A DNA stretch of 64,000 nt from an uncultured Pelagibacteraceae bacterium (GCA_902552185.1 CACDFZ010000003.1:44970-108969); one strand, 5' to 3'. Shown: positions 37,784-49,613, numbered from the stretch's first letter. Notes: generated from the letters alone by a model not told the origin. Made by a program: numbers and translations.

Positions 37784-38674
37784 CTATTCAATCCAATTAG
37801 AATATTTTGTTTTATTTTTTTTAAGATATTCAGGCAGTTCACGTCCATCTGTAGCTTTTAGATTTTGAGTGCCATCAATTTTCTCATTTTTCATATCTGC
37901 TCTTAAGTTATAAATAGATTTTTTACTTTTAATCATCTCTTCGATTTTTTTTGTGCCTAAAGGTTTTATGTCATATTCTCTATGATGAAGATATGTTCTC
38001 ATTTTTTTTTCTATTTCTTCTGGAGTTTTCATGTTTGAAAAATGCCATCCACCATTATCTATAAATTTAATATTTGAATATTTTTTATCAGAGAATAGTA
38101 CATCTAATCTCCAAAAATGATATTTTTTATCTTTAATATTTCTTAACCACTGAGGTGACTTTAAATTTTTGTACTTACATCCTTTTGTACCTAACCAAGG
38201 CATATCTTCAAGTTTAAGATTAAATTTATAGTAATAAAAATTTTGTTTAAAAAGAATTATATTGTCATTAATTTCATTTAAATCTAAATTTGATAGATTT
38301 GGTATTTCGTCAACATCAGAAACAAGAATTAAGTCACCGGGTTCTGCATTTGTAAGTCCTTTTTTTATTCCATTTCTCTGAAAATTTTCTCTTTTTAATG
38401 CATTCATAATGTATTTAGAATTTTTTTTGTCATCGGTATCATTATCGTGAACTATTTCTAAATTTACAGGTTCATTTTCTAATACAATATAATTTATTTT
38501 TTTTTTGAATTTGGAGTATTTATTAATATCAAACAAAAGTTCTCTTTTTTTACCGCTGTGGGTAAATTTACTTTCAACTATTACAAACTTGTGAACATAT
38601 TCATTTAAAATATTCAAACGAAGATCTATGACCAAATCTTCGTCATAAAACATGAAGCAATCGTAAATTTTCAT
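37784..38674 (-). CDS. glycosyltransferase family 17 (beta-1,4-GlcNAc transferase-like)
   Basis: IYDCFMFYDE, FVIVES..THSG, RENFQRN, SDVDEIP and GGWHFS motifs. Confidence 0.8.
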   Translation of the reverse strand: MKIYDCFMFYDEDLVIDLRLNILNEYVHKFVIVESKFTHSGKKRELLFDINKYSKFKKKINYIVLENEPVNLEIVHDNDTDDKKNSKYIMNALKRENFQRNGIKKGLTNAEPGDLILVSDVDEIPNLSNLDLNEINDNIILFKQNFYYYKFNLKLEDMPWLGTKGCKYKNLKSPQWLRNIKDKKYHFWRLDVLFSDKKYSNIKFIDNGGWHFSNMKTPEEIEKKMRTYLHHREYDIKPLGTKKIEEMIKSKKSIYNLRADMKNEKIDGTQNLKATDGRELPEYLKKNKTKYSNWIE

Positions 38675-39426
38675 ACTTTTTTAATTTTCTTTTTCTTTAC
38701 AATATTTTTTAAAATTTCTGTTTTACATAAAGAAATTTTATGTTTATTTTGAGACCTCAAAACTATAGATACACCAACTCTTCCAAGCCTAAAAAAAGGA
38801 TAGCTTCCAATATCGATATATTTTCTGTATTTTTTTTGTAATTTTCCTAATTCTCTAGATATATTGCTTTCAACTGTAATCAAGTTAATAGAGTCGCTGT
38901 AAACCTTTGAACCTTTTTTTAAATATTTAGTGCAATTATGTATCATCGATCTTAAAATTAAAGGCACTCCTGGAAGACAAAAAACATTTTGTATTTTAAA
39001 TCCTGGTGCTGCACTGGAGGGATTGTAAATAAGATCTGAGCCTCTTGGCATTTTGCTCATTTTTTTTCTGCCATCATTAAAATTGTTTTTTCCATAGTAT
39101 TTTTTTAATATTGTAAATGCTTCTGGGTGATATTCATATTTTACTTTAAACACTTTTGAAATTGATTTTGCTGTAATATCATCATGTGTTGGACCAATTC
39201 CTCCAGTAGTAAATATGTAATTATATTTTTTTCTTAGTTCGTTCGTTGTTTTTACAATTATTTTTTCTACGTCAGGTATAACTCTTACTTCATGAACTGA
39301 AATACCATTTTTTTCATTCAACCATTTCGATATAAAGGAAACATTTAAATCTTGAGTTCTTCCTGAGAGAATTTCATTACCGATTACTATAATAGCTGCA
39401 TTTACTTTTTTGAAATTTTTCTTCAT
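38671..39426 (-). CDS. CinA N-terminal / molybdopterin-binding-like protein (COG1058)
   Basis: IIVIGNEILSGRTQDLN, TTGGIGPTHDDIT and LPGVP motifs. Confidence 0.85.
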   Translation of the reverse strand: MKKNFKKVNAAIIVIGNEILSGRTQDLNVSFISKWLNEKNGISVHEVRVIPDVEKIIVKTTNELRKKYNYIFTTGGIGPTHDDITAKSISKVFKVKYEYHPEAFTILKKYYGKNNFNDGRKKMSKMPRGSDLIYNPSSAAPGFKIQNVFCLPGVPLILRSMIHNCTKYLKKGSKVYSDSINLITVESNISRELGKLQKKYRKYIDIGSYPFFRLGRVGVSIVLRSQNKHKISLCKTEILKNIVKKKKIKKV

Positions 39427-39441
39427 AGTAAAAAATTATAT

Positions 39442-40137
39442 ATGATTTTTGAAAATGAATTAATAGCAGGTGTCTTAATTAAAAGATACAAAAGATTTTT
39501 TGTTGATATAAAAGTTAATAATAAAGTTATTACTGCTCATTGTCCCAATACAGGCTCTATGATGGGTCTACTCAAAAAGGGCAACAAAGTATGGTTCACT
39601 GAGTCGAACGATAAAAAAAGAAAGTTAAAATATACACTCCAAATAATAGAAGTTAATGGAAAGAAAGTTGGGGTAAATACTCATCTAACAAATAAAATAT
39701 TTTATGAAGCGTTATTAGATGGACAAATTATTGATATTACAAAAAGTGATATATTGTTTAAGGAAAAAAAATTTAATCAAAATACAAGATTTGATTTTTT
39801 TATAAAAAAAAATGAAAAAGGTATTTTTATTGAAGTTAAAAATGTAACATTATCAAGAATTAAAAATATTGCTGAGTTTCCAGACGCTGTAACAGAAAGA
39901 GGGCTTAAACATTTAAATGAATTAATAGAAGCAAAAAATAGAGGTTTTGATATTTATCTTGCTTTTATAATTCAACGAGAAGATTGTAAAAATTTTAAAA
40001 TCGCTGAAGACATAGACCCAAAATATAAAAAATTATTAACATTTGCTCTAAAAAATAAACTAAAAGTTATTTGCTATGATTGTAAATTTTTACCAAAAGG
40101 AATAATAATAAATAACAAAGTTAATTTTATAAAATGA
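39442..40137 (+). CDS. sfsA: DNA/RNA nuclease SfsA
   Basis: KRYKRFF, AHCPNTGSM, RFDF, IEVKNVTL and FPDAVTERGLKHL motifs. Confidence 0.92.
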   Translation: MIFENELIAGVLIKRYKRFFVDIKVNNKVITAHCPNTGSMMGLLKKGNKVWFTESNDKKRKLKYTLQIIEVNGKKVGVNTHLTNKIFYEALLDGQIIDITKSDILFKEKKFNQNTRFDFFIKKNEKGIFIEVKNVTLSRIKNIAEFPDAVTERGLKHLNELIEAKNRGFDIYLAFIIQREDCKNFKIAEDIDPKYKKLLTFALKNKLKVICYDCKFLPKGIIINNKVNFIK

Positions 40138-40895
40138 CTGAAAGTTTTGAAAAAACAAAAGTAGCTGGATCTATAGCAGCTGGTGCTTTAGATGAAGTAA
40201 ACAATATTATTAAACCTGGTGTAAGTACCTCAGAAATAGACAAATTATGTTATGAATATATAAATGATCACAAAGCTTTTTCTGCGCCTTTATATTATAG
40301 AGGATATCCAAAATCTTGCTGTACATCATCAAATCATGTTGTTTGTCATGGCATTCCATCAGAAAAAATTTTAAATGATGGAGATATACTCAATGTAGAT
40401 GTTACCGCTATAAAAGATGGTTGGCACGGCGACACAAGTAGAATGTTTGTTGTTGGTGAATGTTCTGTTAAGGCTAAGAAGCTAATTAAAACTACATATG
40501 AAGCTATGATGGAGGCTATCAAAATAATAAAGGCAAACATAAAAATTGGAAATATAGGCTATACAATTCAAAAAATTGTTGAAGCTGAGGGTTTTTCAGT
40601 TGTAAGAGATTTTTGCGGTCATGGCATAGGGAAAAAATTTCATGAAAGTCCAAATGTGCTCCATTATGGGGAAAAAAATTCTGGCCAAGAACTTAAAGCA
40701 GGAATGATATTTACTGTCGAGCCCATGATCAATTATGGAAAATTTGAAACAAAAACTTTAAAAGATGGATGGACTGCGGTTACTAAGGATAAATCTTTAT
40801 CAGCACAATTTGAACACACTGTTGGTGTAACTAAAAAAGGATACGAAATTTTTACTTTATCAGATAAAGGTTTAAATTTTCCTCCAAATTTATAA
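40134..40895 (+). CDS. map: methionine aminopeptidase type I
   Basis: VCHGIP, DVT, GWHGDTSR, FCGHGIG, FTVEPMIN and SAQFEHT motifs. Confidence 0.96.
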   Translation: MTESFEKTKVAGSIAAGALDEVNNIIKPGVSTSEIDKLCYEYINDHKAFSAPLYYRGYPKSCCTSSNHVVCHGIPSEKILNDGDILNVDVTAIKDGWHGDTSRMFVVGECSVKAKKLIKTTYEAMMEAIKIIKANIKIGNIGYTIQKIVEAEGFSVVRDFCGHGIGKKFHESPNVLHYGEKNSGQELKAGMIFTVEPMINYGKFETKTLKDGWTAVTKDKSLSAQFEHTVGVTKKGYEIFTLSDKGLNFPPNL

Positions 40896-42190
40896 TGATT
40901 GAAAGATATTCAAGAGAAGAACTAAAAAGTATTTGGAGTGATTTCAACAAATACTCTTTGTGGCTTAAAATTGAAATTGCAGCTGCAGAGGCTATGGAAA
41001 AGTATAAAATTATTCCAAAAGGTGTTTCAAAAAAAGTTAGAAGAAAAGCTAAAATAAATACTAAAAGAATTTTAGAAATTGAAAAAAAAATCAAACACGA
41101 TGTTATTGCTTTTTTAACTTCAATAACTGAAAAAGTAGGAAAAGAAGCAAAGTATCTTCATAAAGGAATGACCTCATCTGATGTTTTAGACACATGTTTT
41201 AATTTACAATTGAAACAATCTGGTGAAATTCTTATCAAAGACTTAGATTTACTTTTATCATCAATTAAAAAACAAGCTATTAAACATAAATTTACAGTTT
41301 GCATGGGAAGAAGTCACGGTATTCATGCTGAACCTATAACTTTTGGTTTAAAGATGCTCTCTTTTTATCAAGAATTTGTAAGAAACAAAAAAAGACTTTT
41401 AAATTCAATAAATGAGATTTCGACCTGTGCAATTTCTGGGGCGGTAGGTACATTTGCAAATATTGATCCTAAAATAGAAAATTATGTTGCAAAAAAACTA
41501 AAATTAAAAATTGAGCCAATATCGACTCAAGTTATACCAAGAGATAGACATGCTCAATTTTTTTCTACTTTAGCAATAGTTGCAAGTTCTGTAGAAAGAT
41601 TTGCAGTTGAGATAAGACACTTACAGAGAACTGAAGTTTTAGAAGTGGAAGAATTTTTTAGTAATAAACAAAAGGGTTCTTCGGCGATGCCCCATAAAAG
41701 AAATCCTATTTTGAGTGAAAATTTAACTGGGTTAGCTAGATTAATAAGAGCTAATGTTTTGCCTGCATTAGAAAATGTAGCATTATGGCATGAAAGAGAT
41801 ATCTCTCACTCTGCTGTTGAGCGAAATATTGGGCCAGACTCAACAATTGCATTAGATTTTGCTTTGATAAGATTAAATGACATTATTAATAATTTAAATA
41901 TTTATCCAAAAAATATGAAAAAAAATCTCAATTTGACAAATGGTTTATTTTTTTCTCAAAGAGTTCTTCTAGAACTTACATCTTGTGGTTTTACAAGAGA
42001 ACAAGCCTACGCAATAGTTCAAAAGAATGCGATGACAACTTGGAAAAATAACACTTCTTTTTTTGAAAATTTATCAAAAGATAAGAGAATTGTTAAAAAA
42101 ATACCTGTTAATAAATTAAAAAAGTTGTTTGATTTAGGTTACCATTCTAAAAAAATTAATATAATTTTTAAAAGAGCTTTAAAAAAATAA
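40895..42190 (+). CDS. purB: adenylosuccinate lyase
   Basis: HDVIAF, GMTSSDVLD, GRSHGIHAEP and GSSAMPHKRNP motifs. Confidence 0.96.
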   Translation: MIERYSREELKSIWSDFNKYSLWLKIEIAAAEAMEKYKIIPKGVSKKVRRKAKINTKRILEIEKKIKHDVIAFLTSITEKVGKEAKYLHKGMTSSDVLDTCFNLQLKQSGEILIKDLDLLLSSIKKQAIKHKFTVCMGRSHGIHAEPITFGLKMLSFYQEFVRNKKRLLNSINEISTCAISGAVGTFANIDPKIENYVAKKLKLKIEPISTQVIPRDRHAQFFSTLAIVASSVERFAVEIRHLQRTEVLEVEEFFSNKQKGSSAMPHKRNPILSENLTGLARLIRANVLPALENVALWHERDISHSAVERNIGPDSTIALDFALIRLNDIINNLNIYPKNMKKNLNLTNGLFFSQRVLLELTSCGFTREQAYAIVQKNAMTTWKNNTSFFENLSKDKRIVKKIPVNKLKKLFDLGYHSKKINIIFKRALKK

Positions 42191-42196
42191 TCTTAT

Positions 42197-42988
42197 ATGA
42201 ACAAAGGCAAAAAACTTTACGAGGGAAAAGCTAAAATAATTTATTCAACTAATGATAAATATTTAGTAATTCAACATTTTAAGGATGATGCAACTGCATT
42301 CAACAATTTAAAAAAATCTAAAGTTGAAGGTAAAGGTGTTTTAAATAATAGAATATCTGAGTATCTCCTAACAAGTCTTGCACAGAGTGGGATAAAAACA
42401 CATTTTGTAAAAAGACTAAACATGCGCGAACAATTAATAAGACGTGCAGAGATTATTCCCATTGAATTTATAGTAAGAAATGTTGCAAGTGGATCTTTAA
42501 CAAAAAGGCTTGGGGTGGCTGAAGGCACAGTTTTAAATAAACCTCTTTTGGAATACTGTCTCAAAAATGATGAGTTGCAAGATCCTGTGGTATCAAAAGA
42601 ACACATTTTTAATTTTGAATGGGCTACAAAAGAAGAAATTAAACAAATAGACAAGATGACACTAAGAATAAATGATATTCTAATTGGTTTATTTAGAGGT
42701 ATAGGCATAAAGTTAATAGATTTTAAGATTGAATACGGAAAATCTTGGAATAAAGACAAAGGAGTAAATGAGATTGTTCTTGCTGATGAAATAAGTCCTG
42801 ACACATGTAGGCTTTGGGATTCAAAAACAGAAAAAAAGTTGGATAAGGACAGATTTAGAAAAGATTTAGGAAATATAATAGAAGGTTATCAGGAAGTGGC
42901 CAGAAGACTTGGTATTTTACCAGAAATAGCAAATGTTAAAGAGGTAAATTTCAGTAAACCGCGATCAATTAAATTTAAAAAAAAATAA
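42197..42988 (+). CDS. purC: SAICAR synthase
   Basis: LYEGKAK, FKDDATAFN, DFKIEYG and LADEISPDTCRLWD motifs. Confidence 0.96.
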   Translation: MNKGKKLYEGKAKIIYSTNDKYLVIQHFKDDATAFNNLKKSKVEGKGVLNNRISEYLLTSLAQSGIKTHFVKRLNMREQLIRRAEIIPIEFIVRNVASGSLTKRLGVAEGTVLNKPLLEYCLKNDELQDPVVSKEHIFNFEWATKEEIKQIDKMTLRINDILIGLFRGIGIKLIDFKIEYGKSWNKDKGVNEIVLADEISPDTCRLWDSKTEKKLDKDRFRKDLGNIIEGYQEVARRLGILPEIANVKEVNFSKPRSIKFKKK

Positions 42989-42989
42989 A

Positions 42990-43229
42990 TTGAGATTTGC
43001 AGTTATTATAACATTAAAAAAAGATGTACTAGATCCTCAGGGAAAAGTAGTTGAACAGACTTTACAAAGTATGGGGATTAATTCATTAAAGAATTTGAGA
43101 CAAGGAAAATATATTGAAATTGATTTAAATGAGTCAGATGAAAAGAAAGCTCATAATATTATAGAGGAAATGTGTAAAAAACTTTTAGTAAATTTAATTA
43201 TAGAAGAATATACAATAAGAAAAATTTAA
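42990..43229 (+). CDS. purS: FGAM synthase subunit PurS
   Basis: VLDPQG, RQGK and MCKKLLVN.IIEEY motifs; TTG start. Confidence 0.92.
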   Translation: MRFAVIITLKKDVLDPQGKVVEQTLQSMGINSLKNLRQGKYIEIDLNESDEKKAHNIIEEMCKKLLVNLIIEEYTIRKI

Positions 43230-43906
43230 TGAACTCCTCAGTAATTGTTTTTCCTGGATCAAACTGTGACAGAGATGTTGCAACTGCTCTTACAAATCTT
43301 CAATTTAAAAATAAAATGGTTTGGCATAAAGATAGCGAACTACCAAAATCAGATTTAATTGTTATTCCTGGTGGTTTTTCATATGGAGACTATTTAAGAT
43401 CAGGTGCAATAGCTGCAAAATCAAATATTTTGAAAGAAGTTATAAAAGCTGCAAACTCAGGTTGTCTTGTGCTGGGAATATGTAATGGATTTCAAATACT
43501 TATAGAAACTGGGCTTCTCCAAGGAGCATTATTGAGGAATAAAAATCTTAAGTTTGTATCAAAAGATATTAATTTAAAAATAATTAATAATGAGAATAAA
43601 TTTTGTAATAATTATAAAAAAAATAGTGTAATTAGCTTAAATATAGCGCATAACGAGGGTAATTATTTTACTCAAAAAGATCACCTTAAAGAATTAGAAG
43701 ATAACAATCTTATTCCCTTCAAGTATTGCGACATAGAAGGTTCAATAAATGAAAGTAGTAATCCGAATGGTTCTTTAAACAATATAGCTGGAATTTTAAA
43801 TAATAATAAAAATATTTTAGGAATGATGCCTCATCCTGAAAGAATGGTTGACAATTTAATTAGCAACTCAAATGGTATTGAATTGTTTACAAGTATTTTA
43901 AGCTAA
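43229..43906 (+). CDS. purQ: FGAM synthase glutaminase subunit PurQ
   Basis: [27 protein letters not shown] and GMMPHPER motifs. Confidence 0.96.
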   Translation: MNSSVIVFPGSNCDRDVATALTNLQFKNKMVWHKDSELPKSDLIVIPGGFSYGDYLRSGAIAAKSNILKEVIKAANSGCLVLGICNGFQILIETGLLQGALLRNKNLKFVSKDINLKIINNENKFCNNYKKNSVISLNIAHNEGNYFTQKDHLKELEDNNLIPFKYCDIEGSINESSNPNGSLNNIAGILNNNKNILGMMPHPERMVDNLISNSNGIELFTSILS

Positions 43907-46101
43907 TGAAAATTACAAAAGAAATAATTGATTTACACGGTTTAAAATCAGAAGAATATTCTAAAATTAAACTTTTAATGAATAGAGAGCCAAATTATTT
44001 AGAATTGGGTATTTTTTCAGCTATGTGGAATGAACATTGCTCATATAAATCCTCAAAAATTCATTTAAAAAAGTTACCTGTTAAAAATAAAAATGTAATT
44101 CAAGGTCCAGGTGAAAATGCTGGAGTAATTGACATTGGAGACGGTGATGCAATAGTATTTAAAATAGAAAGTCACAACCATCCTTCATTTATAGAGCCCT
44201 ATCAAGGTGCTGCAACAGGTGTAGGAGGAATACTAAGAGATGTTTTCACAATGGGTGCTAGACCTATAGCACTACTTAATTCAATTCATTTTGGAGATCC
44301 AAGTAATAAAAAAACAAAAAATCTTTTGAATGGTGTTGTTTCAGGTATTGGAGGTTATGGCAACTGTATAGGTATACCAACAGTTGCCGGTGAAACAAAA
44401 TTCAACAGCACATACAATGAGAATATACTTGTTAATGCAATGGCTGTGGGTTTGGTAAATAAAAAAAAGATTTTTTATTCTAAAGCCAAAGGAATCAATA
44501 AAGCTGTAGTTTATGTTGGGTCTAAAACAGGAAGAGATGGAATTCATGGAGCCTCAATGGCATCAGCAGAATTTGATGAAAACTCTGAGGATAAAAAACC
44601 GACGGTGCAAGTAGGTGATCCATTTACTGAAAAACTTCTAATGGAAGCTTGTTTAGAATTAATGAAAAAGGATTCTATAATCTCTATTCAAGACATGGGT
44701 GCAGCAGGTTTGACATCATCAAGTGTTGAGATGGCTTACAAAGGAGGTTTAGGAATAGAATTAGATTTGGACAAAATTCCTTGTAGAGAAGAAAATATGA
44801 GTCCCTATGAAATGATGTTATCTGAAAGTCAAGAAAGAATGTTAATTATATTAGAAGACGGTAAAGAAAATGAGGCAAGACAAATATTTAAAAAATGGGA
44901 TTTAGACTTTGTCGTAATTGGTAAAACAACCGATACTAAAAATTTATCTTTAAAATTTAAGAATGAGGTCGTAGCATCAATTCCTATAGGGGCATTGTCT
45001 TCAAAAGCGCCTTTATATGACAGAAAATGGGTCAAAAAAAAATTAGATAAAAAAAAAATTAATATTAAAGAACATAAAAAAATTAAATTTGACAAAGCTT
45101 TTTTTGAACTTATATCTTCGCCTAATCATTCAAGCAAAAAATGGGTAACCGAGCAGTATGATCAAATGGTTATGGGTGATACCATAGAACGTTCTGGAGG
45201 GGACGCTGCTATTGTAAAAATTCATCAAAAAGATAAAGCAATCGCCATGACAGTAGACTCTTCGGCTAACTATTGTAAATCTCATCCGTTAAGTGGGGGC
45301 AAACAAATTGTTTGCGAAAGCTGGAGAAACTTAGTTTCTGTCGGGGCCAAACCAATAGCTATTACTAATTGTTTAAATTTCGGAAATCCTGAAAATCCAG
45401 AAATAATGGGACAGTTCGCAGAAAATATATTAGGAATTAAAGAGGCATGTGAATTTTTGGACTATCCAGTAGTTTCTGGAAACGTTTCATTTTACAATGG
45501 TACAAATAATAACAATATTTATCCTACTCCAGTAATAGGTGGTGTGGGATTAATAAAAAATTTAAATAAAACTAAAAATCATAAATTTAAAAAAATTGAT
45601 AGTCAAATTATGATAATAGGTAAAACTTTTGGTCATCTAGGACAAAGTGCTTTTATAAACGAGTTATACGATATCCATGATGGAATGCCCCCTGAAATAA
45701 ATTTGTTAAATGAAAAAAATAATGGTGAAATGATTTTAAAACTCATTGATAGTGAAAATATTAATTCTGTGCACGATATTTCATCTGGAGGTATCATTCT
45801 TGCTTTGGCTGAGATGTCTATAAGTTCACAAATTGGTGTTAAAATACAAAAACCTCAAAAGATGTCGAACATATTTGAATATTTTTTTGGTGAAGATCAA
45901 GGGAGATATTTAATTGAAGTAGATAAAAATAATTTACCTAAAGTAGAAAAAAAATTGAAAGAGAATGATATATATTTTGAAAATATTGGAATAACTCAAA
46001 AAGAATATTTTGAATTAGATAAAGATTTAAAAATTAAAGTAAAAGAGCTTTATGAGTTGAATAATAGATGGTATAATAAATTCAATGGCCTTAACAGTTG
46101 A
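43906..46101 (+). CDS. purL: FGAM synthase subunit PurL
   Basis: [26 protein letters not shown] and SESQERM motifs. Confidence 0.96.
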   Translation: MKITKEIIDLHGLKSEEYSKIKLLMNREPNYLELGIFSAMWNEHCSYKSSKIHLKKLPVKNKNVIQGPGENAGVIDIGDGDAIVFKIESHNHPSFIEPYQGAATGVGGILRDVFTMGARPIALLNSIHFGDPSNKKTKNLLNGVVSGIGGYGNCIGIPTVAGETKFNSTYNENILVNAMAVGLVNKKKIFYSKAKGINKAVVYVGSKTGRDGIHGASMASAEFDENSEDKKPTVQVGDPFTEKLLMEACLELMKKDSIISIQDMGAAGLTSSSVEMAYKGGLGIELDLDKIPCREENMSPYEMMLSESQERMLIILEDGKENEARQIFKKWDLDFVVIGKTTDTKNLSLKFKNEVVASIPIGALSSKAPLYDRKWVKKKLDKKKINIKEHKKIKFDKAFFELISSPNHSSKKWVTEQYDQMVMGDTIERSGGDAAIVKIHQKDKAIAMTVDSSANYCKSHPLSGGKQIVCESWRNLVSVGAKPIAITNCLNFGNPENPEIMGQFAENILGIKEACEFLDYPVVSGNVSFYNGTNNNNIYPTPVIGGVGLIKNLNKTKNHKFKKIDSQIMIIGKTFGHLGQSAFINELYDIHDGMPPEINLLNEKNNGEMILKLIDSENINSVHDISSGGIILALAEMSISSQIGVKIQKPQKMSNIFEYFFGEDQGRYLIEVDKNNLPKVEKKLKENDIYFENIGITQKEYFELDKDLKIKVKELYELNNRWYNKFNGLNS

Positions 46102-46315
46102 AGAAATAAAGAAACATATTTTGGAAGCAATACCAGACGCATCCATAGAGATAAAAGATTTAATGGGCGACAATAATCACTATTCTGCAATTATCAAATC
46201 TAAGATATTTAAAGGTATGAGCAAGATTGAACAACATAAAAAAGTTTATAAATCGTTAAAAGGTAAAATGGGCAATGAGCTTCATGCGCTTTCATTAACA
46301 ACTGAAGCAAAATAA
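46085..46315 (+). CDS. BolA family protein
   Basis: GDNNHY and ELHALSL motifs; adjacent to grxD. Confidence 0.88.
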   Translation: MALTVEEIKKHILEAIPDASIEIKDLMGDNNHYSAIIKSKIFKGMSKIEQHKKVYKSLKGKMGNELHALSLTTEAK

Positions 46316-46316
46316 A

Positions 46317-46634
46317 ATGAACATTAAAGAAAATATACAAAATTTAATTGATCAAAATGACATTTGTTTGTTCATGAAAGGTACACCCGAAGCCCCACAG
46401 TGTGGTTTTTCAATGGCTGTATCAAATGTTTTAAAACATTTAAATGCAAAATTTAAAGGTGTAAATGTATTAGAAGATCAAAATTTAAGACAAGGAATTA
46501 AAGACTTCAGCGACTGGCCAACTATTCCTCAGTTATATGTTAAAGGAGAATTTATTGGTGGCTGTGATATTGTTAAAGATATGTTTGAAAAAGGTGAATT
46601 AAAGAAAATTTTAGAAGAAAAAAAATTAATCTAA
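46317..46634 (+). CDS. grxD: monothiol glutaredoxin Grx4
   Basis: FMKGTPEAPQCGFS, WPTIPQLY and GGCD motifs. Confidence 0.95.
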   Translation: MNIKENIQNLIDQNDICLFMKGTPEAPQCGFSMAVSNVLKHLNAKFKGVNVLEDQNLRQGIKDFSDWPTIPQLYVKGEFIGGCDIVKDMFEKGELKKILEEKKLI

Positions 46635-47252
46635 TTATCTTGAATAGTATTCAATAACTAAATTTGGTTCCATAATTACGGGATAAGGAACTTCTGAAAA
46701 TTTTGGTACTCTGACTAACTTGACAGATTTACTCTTACCGTCCAATTGAATGTATTCTGGAATTTCTCTTTCTTTACTTTGTATAGAGCCATCAATTACA
46801 TTTAGTTTTTTTGACTTTTCGTTCACTTCAACTTGATCTGTATCTTTTAAGAGATAACTTGAAACATTCACTCTCTTTTTATTAACTTTAATATGGCCGT
46901 GGTTAATTAATTGTCTAGCTGCAAAAACAGTTGGTGCAAGCTTAGCTCTATAAACAACTGTATCAAGTCTAGTTTCTAATAAAGCTATTAAATTTTCAGA
47001 TGTATCTCCTCTTTTAGATAGAGCTTTTCTATAAATATTTCTAAACTGTCTTTCGTTTATATTACCGTAATAGGCTTTGAGTTTTTGTTTTGCTTGAAGT
47101 TGAATACCATAATCTGTTGGTTTACCTTTTTTATTTTGACCATGCTGACCTGGTGGATAAGCTCGAACATTAAATGGGCTCTTAGGTCTTCCCCAAAGAT
47201 TTGCTTTCAATCTTCTATCGACTTTATGTTTTGATTTTAATCTTTTTGTCAT
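46635..47252 (-). CDS. rpsD: 30S ribosomal protein S4
   Basis: [23 protein letters not shown] and VIEYYSR motifs. Confidence 0.97.
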   Translation of the reverse strand: MTKRLKSKHKVDRRLKANLWGRPKSPFNVRAYPPGQHGQNKKGKPTDYGIQLQAKQKLKAYYGNINERQFRNIYRKALSKRGDTSENLIALLETRLDTVVYRAKLAPTVFAARQLINHGHIKVNKKRVNVSSYLLKDTDQVEVNEKSKKLNVIDGSIQSKEREIPEYIQLDGKSKSVKLVRVPKFSEVPYPVIMEPNLVIEYYSR

Positions 47253-47290
47253 TATTTGATCACGGGTTTACAAGGTTTAGGGGGTAAATG

Positions 47291-48019
47291 TCAATTGAGC
47301 TTTTTTTTATTTTTACTCAAAGAGCCAATTAAACTGCCTAAAATCCTTAGTTCTTTGTCGTCTGGCTCCATCCTATAAAATAAATTGTTTATATTTTTTA
47401 TCATTGAGCTTCTTTTTTCTGGGGGTTTAAAAAAGTTTTTCTGTTCAAGTTTAGTAACAAGTAACTTTATTATTTGAGAAAGCTTACCCTTTTGACCTAT
47501 ATTTTTATTAAAAAGTAGTTGTTTAGTAAGTTTAAAGTTATTTAATTTAAATATTTCATAACAAACCAGTGAAACTGAATGAGAAAGGTTCATTGATTTA
47601 AATTTTGGTGATGATGGTATTTGAACTACATAGTTTGCATAAGATAAATCTAGATTTGACAAACCTGATGCCTCTGGACCAAACATTAATCCAATTTTTT
47701 TTTGTTTAAATTTTTTTGTGATATTAAGAAATTTATTTAAACTAATATGTTTTTTATTTATGTCTCTTTTCCTAGCACTAAATGAAAAAATTATATCAAA
47801 ACTTTGAATAGCTGAATTAGTATTGTCGAATACCTTTGTTTTATTTAAAATATCAAAGGCACCAACAGAAGTTGCCTTGGCTTTAATATTGGGCCAACCA
47901 TGTTTAGGATTAGTAATAATTAAATTTTTAAAGCCAAAATTTTTTAATGATCGTGCAGACGCTCCAATGTTTTCACCAAGTTGTGGTTTAATTAAAATAA
48001 AACCATATTTATTTTTCAT
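47291..48019 (-). CDS. trmJ: TrmJ/LasT SPOUT tRNA methyltransferase
   Basis: PQLGENIGASAR, FGPEASGL and SMNLSHSV motifs. Confidence 0.85.
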   Translation of the reverse strand: MKNKYGFILIKPQLGENIGASARSLKNFGFKNLIITNPKHGWPNIKAKATSVGAFDILNKTKVFDNTNSAIQSFDIIFSFSARKRDINKKHISLNKFLNITKKFKQKKIGLMFGPEASGLSNLDLSYANYVVQIPSSPKFKSMNLSHSVSLVCYEIFKLNNFKLTKQLLFNKNIGQKGKLSQIIKLLVTKLEQKNFFKPPEKRSSMIKNINNLFYRMEPDDKELRILGSLIGSLSKNKKKLN

Positions 48020-49613
48020 GAATATTTGCTGGTGCTTTTTCTTTGAACAATTTATATTCTAAACTATCTATTAATGCTTTAAATGAAGCTTCAATAATAT
48101 TTTGAGAAACACCAATTGTAAACCAGCTTTTCCCAGTTTTATCAGTACTTTCAATAGAAACTCTTGTGGTTGCTCCTGTTCCAGTATTTAAAATTCTAAC
48201 TTTGTAATCTAAAAGCTTAAGATCAGAAAAATATTTGTAGTATTTTTCAACCTTTTTAAAATTTGATCTAATTGCATTATCTAGTGCATTCACAGGTCCG
48301 TTTCCTTCACCCTGACAATGGATTTCCTTACCATCAATTATAAAAGTAACCTCTGCGGTTGTTTTTAATTCATTATCTTTTTTTACATTTACATTATAGT
48401 TTTTAACTTTCAAATATTCTGGGAGTTTACCTAATAATTTATTTGCCAAAAGTTCAAAAGATGCATCAGCACCATCGTACGAGTAACCAGTAAATTCTCT
48501 TTCTTTAACTTCATTTAAAATTTTTTGAACATTGGTGTCTTTTGAGTTAATTTTTATTCCATAATTTTCAAGTCTTGATATTATATTTGATCTTCCAGCT
48601 TGATTTGAAACAATAATGTTTCTATGATTACCAACTTCTTTTGGATCTATATGTTCGTAAGTTTTTGGATCTTTTTTAACAGCAGAAACATGTAATCCAC
48701 CTTTGTGTGAAAAAGCAGATCCCCCAACATAAGCCATACTTTTGTTTGGTTTTTTATTTAAAACTTCGTCCAAAAATCTAGAGCATTCAGTTAATGATGA
48801 AAGTTTCTTTTTGTTTATATTTAAATCAAATTTGTCACTAAAAGTTTTTTTTAAAAAAAGTGTTGGTATAATAGACATTAAGTTTGCATTTCCACATCTT
48901 TCTCCTAGACCATTTATAGTTCCTTGTATTTGTCTAGCTCCAGCTAGTACAGCCGTTAAAGAGTTACTTACAGCATTTTCAGTATCGTTATGAGCATGAA
49001 TACCTAAATTTTTGCCTGGAATTACTTTGGTAACGCTATTTATTATTTCCCCAACCTCATTTGGTAAAGTTCCGCCATTAGTATCACATAAAACTACCCA
49101 TCTAGCCCCCTCATCATAAGCTTGTTTTAGACAATCAAGGGCATAATTAGGATTATTTTTATATCCGTCAAAGAAATGTTCAGCATCAAAAAGAAATTCT
49201 TTATTATTTTTTACGAAATGTTTAGCTGTCTCTTTTATGTTTTTTAAATTATCTTCATTTTTTATACCTAAAGCAGTTTTGACGTGAAAGTCCCAAGTTT
49301 TTCCAACAACACAAACTGTTTTACAATCAGCGTTCATTAAAGGAGATAAATTTGGATCATTATCTGCGCTAACTCCATTCTTCTTCGTCATCCCAAAAGC
49401 TGTAAATTTTGAGTTTCCAAGATTAGGGGATTTATCAAAAAATTCGTTATCTATAGGATTTGCACCTGGCCAGCCACCCTCTATGTAATCTACTCCAATA
49501 TTAGATAGAATTTTTGCAATCTTATTCTTATCTTCAACTGAAAAATCGACTCCCTCAGTCTGTGCGCCATCCCTTAAAGTTGTATCAAAAATGTATATTT
49601 TTTCTTTGTTCAT
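48009..49613 (-). CDS. cimA: citramalate synthase
   Basis: DTTLRDGAQ, EGGWPGANP, DAEHFFDG, HAHND, AFSHKGGLH and DYKVRIL motifs; next to cysS. Confidence 0.9.
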   Translation of the reverse strand: MNKEKIYIFDTTLRDGAQTEGVDFSVEDKNKIAKILSNIGVDYIEGGWPGANPIDNEFFDKSPNLGNSKFTAFGMTKKNGVSADNDPNLSPLMNADCKTVCVVGKTWDFHVKTALGIKNEDNLKNIKETAKHFVKNNKEFLFDAEHFFDGYKNNPNYALDCLKQAYDEGARWVVLCDTNGGTLPNEVGEIINSVTKVIPGKNLGIHAHNDTENAVSNSLTAVLAGARQIQGTINGLGERCGNANLMSIIPTLFLKKTFSDKFDLNINKKKLSSLTECSRFLDEVLNKKPNKSMAYVGGSAFSHKGGLHVSAVKKDPKTYEHIDPKEVGNHRNIIVSNQAGRSNIISRLENYGIKINSKDTNVQKILNEVKEREFTGYSYDGADASFELLANKLLGKLPEYLKVKNYNVNVKKDNELKTTAEVTFIIDGKEIHCQGEGNGPVNALDNAIRSNFKKVEKYYKYFSDLKLLDYKVRILNTGTGATTRVSIESTDKTGKSWFTIGVSQNIIEASFKALIDSLEYKLFKEKAPANIHEK

